A DNA stretch of 64,000 nucleotides from Naegleria gruberi (taxonomy: Eukaryota). How positions within the stretch are numbered: position 1 is the stretch's first letter; the number at the start of each line of letters is the position of its first letter. The position numbers and the translations under genes were made by a program. Below are positions 35,672-47,129 of the stretch, one piece after another. Location of the stretch: the NCBI GenBank assembly GCA_000004985.1, contig GG738909.1. The stretch is one strand, 5' to 3'. The notes under the pieces were generated by a model. The model was not told the origin of the DNA, did not search any database, and worked only from the letters and a program-made list of their open reading frames with translations.

Positions 35672-36478
35672 TTATTCCCTGAAAATAACAGTTCTATTCT
35701 TAATAGTACTCCACTTGAATCTCTTGTGAACCCATGAGAGAGCAATAACAAGTGACAATGAAGCCAAAACCTTCAAACCCATCTTCTTTCTTGGTTCAGT
35801 ATCTGGAGCAGCACAGTAAGTCAAATATGTACTGACGTCCTTAGCCATTTGTGAAACTGAAGCTGGAGTACCATCATCGAATTCAATAGCACCATCAGAG
35901 AGTGGAGGAGCCATACCAATAGCACCACCTGGGAAGTAAGCATTCCAATAGAGACCTTCTCTCAAAGAAACACCAGCAGGAGCATCCTCATAACCAGTCA
36001 ACAATGAGAAAATATAATCTTCATTATGTGGACGACCCTTGACAATGACTGACAAATCTGGTGGCAAAGCACCTCCGTTCATAGATCTAGCAGCTTGTTC
36101 GTTTTTGTATGGTGATTGCATGTAATCGAAAGCCTTGGCCTTACGAGTTGTTGGTTCTCCTTGGGAGTCTGGTTCACCTTCAACATCAACAGCAGCAGCC
36201 AAAACTTTGATTTCAGCATCAGTGAAAGCAACATTGAGATTACGGAAAGCAATTTCATTCATACCGTGGCAAGCACTACAGATTTCTCTATAAACTTTAT
36301 AACCTCTTCTAATGGAGGCAGCATCGAAAGAACCAGCGAGTTCCTTGTGTGGCCATGGTTGGGCTGGAGGAATAGCAGTACCATCAGAAGCTTCAACACT
36401 ATTCACATTGTTAAAGACGAGGAAACTACCAGCTGATAATCCAGTAGCAGCCATAAGGAGCTTTGGATTAGTGGCAAA
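35672..36478 (-). CDS. Cytochrome c1 (mitochondrial complex III). A probable 18-nt first exon lies at 36783..36800, spliced via a 304-nt intron.
   Basis: CSACHG heme-binding site, PPDLS and further cytochrome c1 signatures, and a C-terminal TM anchor. The upstream exon ATGTTCGCTTTCAAGAAG|GTTAGT...CAG| is in phase (inference). Confidence 0.8.
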   Translation of the reverse strand, partial: FATNPKLLMAATGLSAGSFLVFNNVNSVEASDGTAIPPAQPWPHKELAGSFDAASIRRGYKVYREICSACHGMNEIAFRNLNVAFTDAEIKVLAAAVDVEGEPDSQGEPTTRKAKAFDYMQSPYKNEQAARSMNGGALPPDLSVIVKGRPHNEDYIFSLLTGYEDAPAGVSLREGLYWNAYFPGGAIGMAPPLSDGAIEFDDGTPASVSQMAKDVSTYLTYCAAPDTEPRKKMGLKVLASLSLVIALSWVHKRFKWSTIKNRTVIFRE

Positions 36479-37303
36479 CTGTAGTTTAAAATTCCAATGT
36501 ATTAGTTATATCAACATTAATATTTGTCGTTAAACAAGACAAGAAGGAATAATATTATCGTTAACAAATATGATATCATTTAAAAGAGCAAATTGTTGTT
36601 TCATCATAATAAAAATTTGGAGCGTATTACATGTTGATGAGAATGTAGAGAGAGATGAAGAGATGAGTACAAGATGATGAAAAAGTATGTTATCATTCGC
36701 ACCGAGACCAAAACGAGACAATAGAGAATTTTAAAACAATAACAAGAGTTTAAACACACAACGCGGCAAATAGGCTACTAACCTTCTTGAAAGCGAACAT
36801 TTTTTCTGGTTAATTTTTTTATGTATTACAAAGTTGCAATCACAGGCACTTGCTGGTGTTTTTCTTCTCACCAAAAATGCCTTTAGATGAGCAAAAGGAG
36901 AATTATGATCATCAATTCAAAAGGACACACTGCTTTTAATTCTACCTTCTCAAGAAAATTGTCATGAAATATTAACAGAATGATCAAACTTTTATCATCA
37001 CCTTCATCATGTAAATTAACCCATTCAAGATATGATTTAAATTTTTAAAAATTAATTTGATATTGAATTAAAGTTTACGATTGGTGATGAGGTTTCAGAC
37101 TAACTGCACTACCTTTCAAACATTAATTTATTGTTCGTTAGAGACATTTAACGACAGTTGTCATACTCAATTATTCTCTATTGTCTCTCAATGCATTACC
37201 GCCAATATTTGAATGGCGCCAATAACAACTAGAAAAAAAAATTCATCATCTTACTTTGTGCTAGTAAGGAGGACGTTATAAAAAGAGAAAACTTTGATGA
37301 CTT

Positions 37304-38757
37304 ATGCCTTCTAATAGGGATTATAAACCATCTAAACTTGATCAGAGTATTAATTCATCCGTAATTAATAATATTAGTACAATACCAATCGATACTACCA
37401 ACAAGAATAATATTTCAGCTACTTTCCTTAATAGCCTTACATTTGATTTTTTTCCAACAGCTACAACAACCACAACATCCACATCAACAAGAAAACCTAT
37501 GAGTAAAACATCCGTAAAAGATGCAGTGGCTGCTCATGTCATTGAAACCAAAGTTCAGGAGATGGAATCAGAGCGAAGAAAGCTCTCACTAGAATGTGAT
37601 ACTTTGCGATCCGAAAATAAGTGGTATAGAAAGAAGCTCACCGAGACTGAACATAGCTTAAAAACAACTGAGGAGAAATTTGAAACGATTAAGAGTAGGT
37701 TTTTACTAATTTTCAAACATCATATTGATGATCAAAATATTTAGAATCATTCGATGAACAGCAAGTAATACTCTCAAGTTTGGAAAAGACTCTTTGTGAT
37801 ACGAAAAAGAAGGAGAAGAAGAGACAACAAAAACAAGAACAAAAGAAATTATTACTTCAACAAACATCAGATGAAGTGATCACACTCAGAGAAAAGGTAT
37901 GTTCATCCTTAATTAGTTATTCGCTTATTATGTCATTATTCAAATAATAGCTCGAAAGGAAAGAAACTAGAGCAAAAGCATTGGAAATTGAAGCTGAATA
38001 TCTTCAAAAACAATTAGGGGAGATACGAGACAAGAATTTGGATGATAAGCTAAGACAATATGAAAGTGATTTGTACAATGAAAGATTGGAGAAGGATATG
38101 GCTCAGGATCGAGTAAAGACTTTAGAGAAGGAAAAGGAAAAAGTTGAACACGAATTATTCGAGCTGAAAATAAGAGTTGAAAAGAGCTATGGTGATCTCG
38201 AATTTTGTAAAAAGAGAGAAACTGATCACAATTCTCAAATCAATATTCTAACAGTAGAGAACTCATCGTTCAAGGAAAAGATATCCTTCTTGGAACAAAA
38301 ACTGTTAAAATACAAACGAAATGCTAAGCAACAATCTCAAACAATTGAAAAGTTACAACAAAAACAGAAAGACCCCCTAAGTTTTAATGCCTGGGTTCAG
38401 ACAGAAGAATCATTCCCTTCGTTTGAACATTTAAAGACAAGAGACGAAACAATAACGTCACTAAATTCTGAACTTGATTCACTAGAAGATAAGAATAGAC
38501 AACTAAGAGCTCAATTAGAATATTATGCATCACATGCTCACAATCATTCCGAATACAATGAGGAACTGTTGAGAGAAAACCAAAATTTAAAGAATATCCT
38601 AAGTGAAATGAACAGAGGTAGAGCCAAAGATGAACAAAGAGTCCGAATGTTAGAAAGAGAATTGGAAATTAGAGATGTAGAAATTGAGAAGAGAAACAAA
38701 TTCATCAGGAAAATGAACGAATCATCAATGCATTATGTCAGAAACGAGTATGATTGA
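37304..38757 (+). CDS. Coiled-coil protein of about 450 aa. Model is join(37304..37694,37745..37896,37951..38757).
   Basis: Two introns, GTAGGT...TAG (50 nt) and GTATGT...TAG (54 nt), with phases checked. Heptad-rich Glu/Lys/Leu sequence. Confidence 0.6.
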
Positions 38758-38929
38758 ATGATGCAAAAATACCAATAAAATTTTTTGTAAAGTGTAACGG
38801 TTGGAAAGTGGATCCAAATTTTTTATGGCCGAGTTTTAAAAGTTGAGCCGTTGCGTTTATTTAAATGAAAAAGGACTGATCCAACACATTTCCAATAATA
38901 ACATTAACAAAAAAAACAACTCAACAACA

Positions 38930-39549
38930 ATGACTGCCAGAAAAGCCTCTTCTTCCTCTAAGAAAGATTCTTATGATCACCCAAAGTACACTGACATGGT
39001 TCTTGAAGCCATTATTCAATTGAGAAAGAGAAATGGTGCCAGTTTACCAGCTATTAAGAAGTACATGGAAGAAAAGTATGAACTTCCAGAAACCTACAAT
39101 ACTCACTTGAAGTTAGCCATCAAAAAGTTGGTCGAATCTGAAAAGTTGGTCAAGGTCAAGGGTTCTTACAAGGTTGAAGCTGATTACAAGAAGTCTTACA
39201 TGAAGGAAAATAAGATTGTCCTCGAAAAGAAGGAAAGTGATGATGAAGATGAAAAGGAAGATAAGAAGGACAAGAAATCCAAGAAATCGAAGAAGGAAGA
39301 ATCCGATGAATCATCTAAGAAGAAGAAGAAGATAAAAAGAAGAAGTCTACCAAGAAGACCGAAAAGAAAAAGTCCAAGAAGGATGAAAAGACTGCTCCAA
39401 GAGTTTCCAAGCCAAAGAAGACTACCAAGAAGAACTTGAAGGAATCTGCAAAGGTTGATGGTCCAAGAACTGAATCAAGAGTCAAGAAAGCCGCTTCTGC
39501 TACTAGAACTGCTAGATCCAAGGCTAAGCAAGCTGCCAGAGATGAATAA
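38930..39549 (+). CDS. Linker histone H1, with an apparent -1 frameshift inside an (AAG)5/A-rich run at ~39317-39333
   Basis: Globular domain YTDMVLEAIIQLRKRNGASLPAIKKYMEEKY. The frame-shifted continuation encodes a typical H1 tail (KKSTKKTEKKKSKKDEKTAPRVSKPKK...AKQAARDE*) with strong codon bias. Confidence 0.7.
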
Positions 39550-39901
39550 TTCTACTTCCGATATGATATGAACAACAAATACCTGTGTGAATGCAAATTG
39601 CAACACAACCCTAGGCACAATAGCATTGTAAATATTCCTCTAAGTACAACTCCTAATCATCACAAACAAACAACAATAAATATTTATTATCATCATTAAA
39701 TTAAAATTCACTGAGGGTTTTGAAAAGCATGTATCACAATATCATTTGTTTCTCTATTGTATCAATCAAATCATCAAAACTTATCAACCAACTTGTTCCG
39801 AAGAACAGACCTTGATTAATCAAGCATCAAATGTTCCCGCCTTATTATTAAAATAAATTTACGTTAAAAAAACATCTTTCGTACTTTAAATAACTGAAAA
39901 A

Positions 39902-41711
39902 ATGTCTATACGGGCCATGTCTACAAATGAGTTTGGCTCTCCAAGCAATATGAAGATGGTAGAGCCATCTTTAGGTTCTGTTAATAAGAGAACCTCAACA
40001 GCAAAACAAGGAGCACTTATTAAGAATGTCTCTGGCCGAAGATTACCTCACTCTTTTAATCAAATGAATATTCAACATCAACTCAATGTTCATACAGCAA
40101 AATTTGGAGTTATTGATGATGACGATGAAGAGGAACAGGAAAAGAAGGTTGTAAAGAAAAAGTCTAAACTGAAAAAAGAAGTACCTAGATTGCCTTCCGA
40201 AGAGTTAGCTTCTTCAAGTTACCTCAAATCACGATTAAGTCCAATCAATCACGAGTCGGAACAATTAAGTGGAAGAAGTAGTGCTTCTTCTGTCAGTTCT
40301 AGGTCTCACATTAATCCTCTATTGACTCCAATTTTAGATGAAGATTTTAAAAGAGAGAGATTTGAGGAAACATTAAACAAATCACTTAAAGAAAAGAGTT
40401 TTGAAGGTGAGCGAAAATCAGGACTCAGTTCTTTGAGGAGCAGTAATGATATGGATCTTGCTCCAATGTCGACAAGAAAGAGGGATGAAGAGTTACAGAG
40501 ATCTACATTGGAACCAATCAAGAGACCTCTTTCCAGAACATCGGATTCAAAATTGTTGGGAGCAAGCGTAACAACTACCCATTCTAATAGAGCCAAACTG
40601 TGCATTCAATCGTTGGCTGAGGGATATGTAGATGCTTTTGAGGAATTATTCTTATTGGCCCATAGAGATCCAGTGGTAAGTTTTCTAAAATATTGAATGG
40701 GGTGAATATTCTAATACTATACAATTAGCTTGTGGATGATATTACAGATACCTATTTTACGTTAACGGACGATAGACTCAGATCTATTAAGGAAATGCTT
40801 GTGAAGGCAGAATCTTATAAGAGAAGAGGAAAATTCGAAAAGGTTTATGATATTTTCAAACAAATTGCAGACTATTTTGAATCAGAAAGAGATTATAATA
40901 CAATGTACTATTTCTATGAATTGGGTGAAAATACAGCAAGGAGAGTAAGTTGTCAAACCTAATTGAATCATAACATTTTTCAAAGTCTTCAAATTCACAA
41001 TTAGAAGGACTATCAAAGGAAAATGCTGGTAAAATGTATGAAAGAATGGGGAAGGTCAACATGGCTGTTAAATATCACGAAGCTCATATGAGTTTAGCTC
41101 ACTCAGCAGGCGATCAAGTCCAAGAGGAGAGAGCAATCAATCAATTGTGGAGAGTGTACATGAAGATGGGAGAGGATTCAGAAAATCAATCGGATCTTCA
41201 TAACGCTTGTCTTTTCTATGAAAAGAGTTTAAAGAATGCAAAAATGCTGAAAGATAAGGAAATGATTTCCAATTCTTTATTCAAATTGGGAAATGTATAT
41301 AAATCTCTACAGGACTTTGAGAAGGCAATTGAGTACCAACAAATGTATACTACCGTATGTGAAGACATTGAGGATAAGAAGGGAAAGTCAGATTCATTTT
41401 GTGCTTTGGGAGAGCTTTATGAACAAACAAACGAAATCGATAAGGCAATCGAAACATATAATCAATTTTTATCTAGTGCAGAAGAAGCACAGGATGATGA
41501 CAGAATTGGTACAGCATGTATTAAACTTGGTATGGCCTTGGGGAGTAAGGGCCAACATGACGAAAGTATCGCCTTTTTTGAGAGAAGTTTTGAACTTGCC
41601 AAGAAAACCAAAGATAATGCCAAGATTGGTGAAGCCAAAGTGAGATTGGGTTTTGCAAAAGGTAACGCCTCGATGCAAAAACACATGATGTCTCTGAATA
41701 AAAACTTTTAA
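39902..41711 (+). CDS. TPR-repeat protein. Model is join(39902..40675,40729..40944,40986..41711).
   Basis: Introns GTAAGT...TTAG (53 nt) and GTAAGT...CAAAG (41 nt, tentative) restore a continuous frame. The C-terminal half has TPR-like repeats (AIEYQQMY..., AIETYNQFL..., SIAFFERSFELA). Confidence 0.55.
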
Positions 41712-42697
41712 TTATTATGTACATTATTTTGACCTGTTTCTTGCATGGCCTGATTCATTAAGCCAGCAACAATTTTTTCCAACATTGGATTTCCTCCATT
41801 GATATCTTGAATTAATTTTACAAGTTCTATATGTACAAGCTTTAGCTTTTCTACTGTTACAGAGAAACTGTTGGTTTCTGTCATCAGTTCCAAAGCATAA
41901 TCCTTTAAAATTTTGTCTGATGATTTTTGTTTCAAAATGTTGAGAAGACGAGTGTCACCTGATTTGAATTGTTCCAAAATACAGTGAATAATTGGGTAAG
42001 AGAACTTTCCCTCTGTTAAATCTTCACAATAACTCTTATTTGTATGATAAATATCACTTTGCAAGTTCAGATAGTCATCCAAAATTTGGAAGAGAACTGA
42101 CAATGAATTAACAAGTGGAGTAAAATCATATGTTTTGCTATCCTTCTGGGTTGAACTTGCTTTCATCAATCCAACTCCAAGTCTAAACAATCCACCAGTC
42201 TTATTTTGCACCATTACAAGATAATCTTGTTCCGAAGGACAAATTCCATTGTCTCTCCAATAAATATCACAACCTTGACCTTCATGTAATAAGAGCAATT
42301 CATCCATAAAGACAGTGATTGCCTCGGAAAATGATTGTTGGTCACTAAAGCTTGAATTTAACTTTTGAATATCCTTCAAAGCTTCAAAATATACATAATT
42401 TGCACAATTGATGGTTGCAGGAGTGCCATAGATGAGGTGAGCACATGGTTTTCCTCTTCTCAATTTACTATTATCTTCAATATCATCAACTAGTAAACTG
42501 GCATTGTGCAATTTATCAATAATACTCTTAATTACATTCAATTCATCTTCGGAAAGTTTAAACCACTCATTAAAAGCATCAATTAACTTGGAACGAAAAC
42601 CCTTTCCATTAGTATTATTAATCAAATAAGAATATGGATCCAAATGAGGCTTTACAGTTCCATTCTTTAATTTCTCATGATGGTCATTCGAATTCAT
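41708..42697 (-). CDS. Geranylgeranyl diphosphate synthase (trans-prenyltransferase)
   Basis: First Asp-rich motif LLVDDIEDNSKLRRG, second Asp-rich motif ILDDYLN, and a GKPCAHLIYG-type segment. Single exon. Confidence 0.85.
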   Translation of the reverse strand: MNSNDHHEKLKNGTVKPHLDPYSYLINNTNGKGFRSKLIDAFNEWFKLSEDELNVIKSIIDKLHNASLLVDDIEDNSKLRRGKPCAHLIYGTPATINCANYVYFEALKDIQKLNSSFSDQQSFSEAITVFMDELLLLHEGQGCDIYWRDNGICPSEQDYLVMVQNKTGGLFRLGVGLMKASSTQKDSKTYDFTPLVNSLSVLFQILDDYLNLQSDIYHTNKSYCEDLTEGKFSYPIIHCILEQFKSGDTRLLNILKQKSSDKILKDYALELMTETNSFSVTVEKLKLVHIELVKLIQDINGGNPMLEKIVAGLMNQAMQETGQNNVHNN

Positions 42698-43219
42698 TCT
42701 TTTCTCTATACACTATATTTTACACTTCCGATAATTGTTGTGAAAAATTCTCTCTCTTCTATTTACAAAGCCACACACGTAAAACAAAGACTAAATCTCC
42801 CCTTTACGTTTTGATGTTTTTTTTTTAATTTTTAATTAAATAAATTGGTGGTTCCTTGTTCACTCGTCCAAATAGTTAATTTTTGACGTGATTGAAAAAT
42901 TGAAAACACAAGTTGTTGCAACACGTTGGATGGAAACGTTGAACAATGTTCGAACGTACTTCTTTTTTTAATGGTTGGCTAGATGACGTTTTAGATTCAA
43001 TGGAAAATGTTTACAATGGATAATAGAATAATACTTAAATGTATTATATTAAAATAGACCTATTTTGGTGCTTGCAAATTTGCAATGATGTTTAATTAGG
43101 ACCTTGTAGTGCTCCATATTCACTCAGATTGATTCTGTTTCTTGCAAGAAAAGTAATTTACCTGCTCTATCGTGTTGGGCCTTTCTTATTCTTTTTACAA
43201 TGAATAATTTCTCTTTTGG

Positions 43220-44704
43220 TCACTCAATAAAACCATAATTTTTCTTTTTCAGTTGCTTTTTCATACGTTTCAGATACTTGTTTCCATTGTCTATTCCATT
43301 ATCATATACATTTAAATGTTTTAATTTCTTCATTTTGGATAGGTATTTCACTCCTGAATCTTCAATAAAATTCTCAGAAATATCCAGACGTGTTAAGTGT
43401 TTCAATTTAGATAAGGATTTAGCACCTTCAGTTTCAATACTATTTCTATGAACATCAAGTTCAGTCAATTTTTCCAGCTTGCTTATAGATTCAGCTCCTT
43501 CATTTCCAATTGAAATTTCAGAAATCCAAAGTTTAATCAATTGATTCAATCCACTTATTAGTTTTGCCCCCTCATCTCCTAAATTATTAGCTGATATATC
43601 TAAAAAAGTTAAATTTGTCATTTCACTAATTGATTTGGTGCCATCTATTCCTATTAAAGTTGAGTGCATATAAAGTGTTTTCAATTGTTTCATTTCACTT
43701 ATTACCTTTGCACCAGCGTCACCAATCCAGTTGTCACCAATATTCAGACTGATCAGTTGTTTCAAAGAGGTTATTGATTGGACTCCATCAACTGAAACAA
43801 TTTGTATTGCATGAGCTGACAAATTAGTTAATTGTTTCAATTCACATATAAACTTAATTCCTTCCTCATCAATTCCATTTAATCCAACACTCAGATCAGT
43901 CAAATTTTTCATTTGACTAATACATTTGCATCCTTCTGTCCTTATTTCGTTATGATCTATGTCAAGTTTTGTTAGTTGACTTAGTTCTATCAAAGATTTT
44001 ACACCACTATCATCAATACCATTTTCACTTATTTCAAGGCTTGTCAATTGTTTCATTCCAATCATTGATTCAATACCCAAGTTTGTGATCTTACACTTAC
44101 TAATATTTAGAATAGTCAGTTTTTCAAGTTTTGATAAATATTCAACAGCCTTATAACCAATATCATTATAGCCAATACTCAATTCCGTAAGATTAATCAA
44201 ATTACCAATTGATTGAGTTGCTTCCGAACTAATCACATTACTTATCAGATCAAGTTTCTTCAATTGGTCCATCTTACTAATAATTTTAGCACCATCATCA
44301 TCAATTAAATAGGAATCAAATACCAGAGTTTGCAAATTCTTAAACTTCCCAAATACCTTTAAACTTTCATTACATATTTTCGATTCCTCCGTAAAGTGCA
44401 CTCCACAAATACATTCCAAAAATTGGCTCCTTTCCATTAATTTAATTCTTTCCTCATCAATGGGCTGTTTAAATTTCAAATAAATTTCCGAACGTTCCTT
44501 GATTACTCTCATCCATTGTCTTGATATACGAGTGTAATTTTTCAAAACAAACCAATTTGAATATTTACCTCCTATAAGAAAGGAAATAATTTCAAAACAA
44601 ATGTCATCGGGAAATTCTTTAATTTCATGCTGATGACTGATTATTACTTGGTTATTCTCTTCTGTGAAGTTGGGATCAATTCCTGTTTCTCGTAATCGTT
44701 TCAT
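43220..44704 (-). CDS. Leucine-rich-repeat protein (RNI/RanGAP-like LRRs), about 495 aa
   Basis: Many 28-aa LRRs (LxxLxxLxLxxNxIgdeGak). The start is inferred at the internal Met (MKRLRETG). The longer track ORF to 44911 runs antisense through tRNA-Gln and is not credible as coding. Confidence 0.55.
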   Translation of the reverse strand: MKRLRETGIDPNFTEENNQVIISHQHEIKEFPDDICFEIISFLIGGKYSNWFVLKNYTRISRQWMRVIKERSEIYLKFKQPIDEERIKLMERSQFLECICGVHFTEESKICNESLKVFGKFKNLQTLVFDSYLIDDDGAKIISKMDQLKKLDLISNVISSEATQSIGNLINLTELSIGYNDIGYKAVEYLSKLEKLTILNISKCKITNLGIESMIGMKQLTSLEISENGIDDSGVKSLIELSQLTKLDIDHNEIRTEGCKCISQMKNLTDLSVGLNGIDEEGIKFICELKQLTNLSAHAIQIVSVDGVQSITSLKQLISLNIGDNWIGDAGAKVISEMKQLKTLYMHSTLIGIDGTKSISEMTNLTFLDISANNLGDEGAKLISGLNQLIKLWISEISIGNEGAESISKLEKLTELDVHRNSIETEGAKSLSKLKHLTRLDISENFIEDSGVKYLSKMKKLKHLNVYDNGIDNGNKYLKRMKKQLKKKNYGFIE

Positions 44705-44810
44705 TTTTTTTATTGTAAAAACAAATCGACTCTTTCGCAATAGCAGCGAGCCAAAACCAAGCCTAACCTTAATTGATGTAAGATTTACTGCCTTTTTACA
44801 ATAATGTGCT

Positions 44811-44881
44811 CGTCTCGTGGTGTAATGGTAGCATAGTGGACTTTGAATCCATTGACGGAGGTTCGATTCCTCCCGAGACGG
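44811..44881 (+). tRNA. tRNA-Gln (anticodon TTG)
   Basis: Acceptor CGTCTCG/CGAGACG, anticodon loop CTTTGAA, T-arm GGAGGTTCGATTCCTCC. Confidence 0.8.
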
Positions 44882-45237
44882 TAAACGTGGCGAGCCATAC
44901 GAATTTTGCATGTGGACGATAACTATTTTTTTACTTTCCTGGTATAGCCATTTCTTGAAATACCATTAGAATCGAAAATATTAATTGGGTTTTTTGAAAT
45001 TGTTCAGATATTTATGTAATGTACAAAAGGAATTCAAAGAAGAGGAATATTAACTTTCTATTGGAATTCTAGTGATATTTTTGAGACTTTGCATATTTCT
45101 ATTGGGAATACTATTTTGGACGCTTTTCAGTTTAACAATATCTTTAGAAATTCGTTCCTATTGCGATAAAGGAATATTCTTTATATTCATTGTATTAAGG
45201 GAAAATTGTTCATATTTCACATTGTAAGTAACTGAAT

Positions 45238-45355
45238 GGCTACGGCCATATCACGATGAATGCACCTCATCCCGTCCGATTTGAGAAGTTAAGCATCGTC
45301 GAGCCACATCAGTACTGAGGTTGGAGACAACTTGGGAACCTGTGGTGCTCTAGTC
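45238..45355 (+). rRNA. 5S ribosomal RNA gene, copy 3
   Basis: One substitution relative to copies 1 and 2 (GCTCTAGTC vs GCTGTAGTC near the 3' end), followed by a T-run. Confidence 0.85.
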
Positions 45356-45505
45356 TTTTTATATTCATTTTGACTTTTGTGAAATTAGTCTTGGTTTTTA
45401 TTCATTTAATACTTGAATTAATACTATTGATAGCTATGTAAAAAATATTTTAAAATAATTTCCTGAAACATTCATGAATAGTGTATATTTACTTTGAATA
45501 TAATG

Positions 45506-45578
45506 GGGATGTAGCTCACATGGTAGAGCGCTTCTTTAGCATGGAAGAGGTACGGGGATCGATACCCCGCATCTCCAC
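45506..45578 (+). tRNA. tRNA-Ala (anticodon AGC)
   Basis: GGGGATGTAGCTCA...TTAGCAT...GGGATCGATACCCC...CATCTCCA. It has the G3:U70 Ala identity pair, and a T-run follows. Confidence 0.85.
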
Positions 45579-45890
45579 TTCTATCTTTTTTGTACTTTTT
45601 ACAGCACATTAATTATTTACTGTTCTTTGCATGTTCCTTGACCACATGAAACTCTACACAAAAACTATTTATTCGATTGAAAACCAATAAACTACCACAT
45701 TAAACTCTAAAAAAATGCAAGTATTTGAATTTAAGAAATCCATTAAGAACAATCCATTCGCCCTTACAACCGATTCCTTAACAATTTTGTTGAACAAGAT
45801 TATTTAGCAGAGGCGTTATTTGCTTTATACTTTTTAATAGAGAATGAAAGTTCATTTCCTATCACTATTACTTTCTTAAAGTTCCATGAA

Positions 45891-46688
45891 TTGAATAGGG
45901 AAGAAATGGATTATCTAAATGAGCACTGTCCTAGATTTGGAATTACTGACGAACACATTAGCATGTATTCAGATATTGCAGAGAGATACATTTCCTTTGA
46001 TAAGTATAGTACATGCCCAATTGTTTCTGTATTGCAAAAAGAACTTCCTTTCGTTCATAGTGTTTCAGCAAGTCCAAATCAATTTTCACATGGAAAGACA
46101 GATTTGGTTATTAAGAAATATTCCTTTGAGAAAAGTTATGAGTATGTGATTAATGAGCTAGAATTTCATAGAAAGTATAGTCATCCAAATATATAGTACC
46201 ATATTAGTTTAAAAAAGGATGAAATTACTCTGGTCATGGAATACAAGAATGGAACTGGTTATACACCAAAGAATTTTAAAGATATTCAAAGTTACATGAG
46301 TCAATTATTGAATGCATGTGCCTACATGAGACATAATTTTGTAACTCATCACAATTTGAAACCTGATAATATCGTTTATGATAGAAATGATTCAGTGCTG
46401 AAAATAATTGATGTTGAATATTGTAGACATGTTGCTGGACGATTTAATATTGGAAATCCATTTTACAAAGCTCCTGAAAAAGAGAATTACGGCACTGTAG
46501 GACCATCCTCTGATATGTACAGTGTTGGAATTATTTTTCGAAATATTGTTAAATCTAATTATTATGAAAAGACAAGAGAATCAGGTCAATTAGCAGATGC
46601 TTTGATTTTGAAAATGCTTTCGAAATATAAGGAGGTCAGAATTGATCCATTAAGAGCACTTGAACATGAATTTTTTACAATAAATTAA
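45891..46688 (+). pseudogene. Protein-kinase-like gene with degenerate catalytic motifs and an in-frame TAG at 46194-46196. It is either a pseudokinase pseudogene or a base-call error.
   Basis: Kinase subdomains in one frame: ...YSHPNI*YHISLKKDEITLVMEY...HHNLKPDNIV (HRD replaced by HHN)...IIDVEY (DFG replaced by DVE)...APEKENYGT...DMYSVGII. The stop interrupts a conserved block. Confidence 0.5.
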
Positions 46689-47129
46689 TTTGATTGAAGA
46701 CCAATCAGAGCAGCTGCAGATTGTTATACGAGAAGGAGTTCTTCGGGATGTTCTGTTGACTGTGCTTGTTTTATGTGGAAAGGAGTGAGTGAATTCAATT
46801 TGAATCATGATTTGAAGATTTACACAACAAGTCATAATCATGAAGGTATTGGTTTTGTTGGTGGATTCATGTTAATGTTAGATAAGTATCAATTCACTCA
46901 AATTGGAACCTTGTCTAGAAGTGAATTTCCCTGCAGGAGGAACTAGTGCAATAATTCCATCTGGTGCGAATATTCTCAAGAATGATTATACACTTACTGC
47001 ATTACTATTTGGAAAATTGATTTATTTGTTTGAATTGAATGAGAAAAAGTTTGTGAATCTCCATAAATATGAAGATTGCCAAATCGAAAAAGATGTAAAT
47101 TAAAAAGTGTAAACTATTCTAAGAAGAAT

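Noticed and set aside
44705-44911. N-terminal 69 codons of the track ORF 43220..44911
   Set aside because: This stretch runs antisense through the tRNA-Gln gene and has no LRR character. The coding start was moved to the internal Met.
44600-45700. tRNA-targeted retrotransposon (TRE/DGLT-like) next to the tRNA/5S cluster
   Set aside because: No reverse transcriptase, integrase or gag-like ORFs, and no LTR-like direct repeats are visible in the flanks. The neighbouring ORFs are an LRR protein and a pseudokinase.
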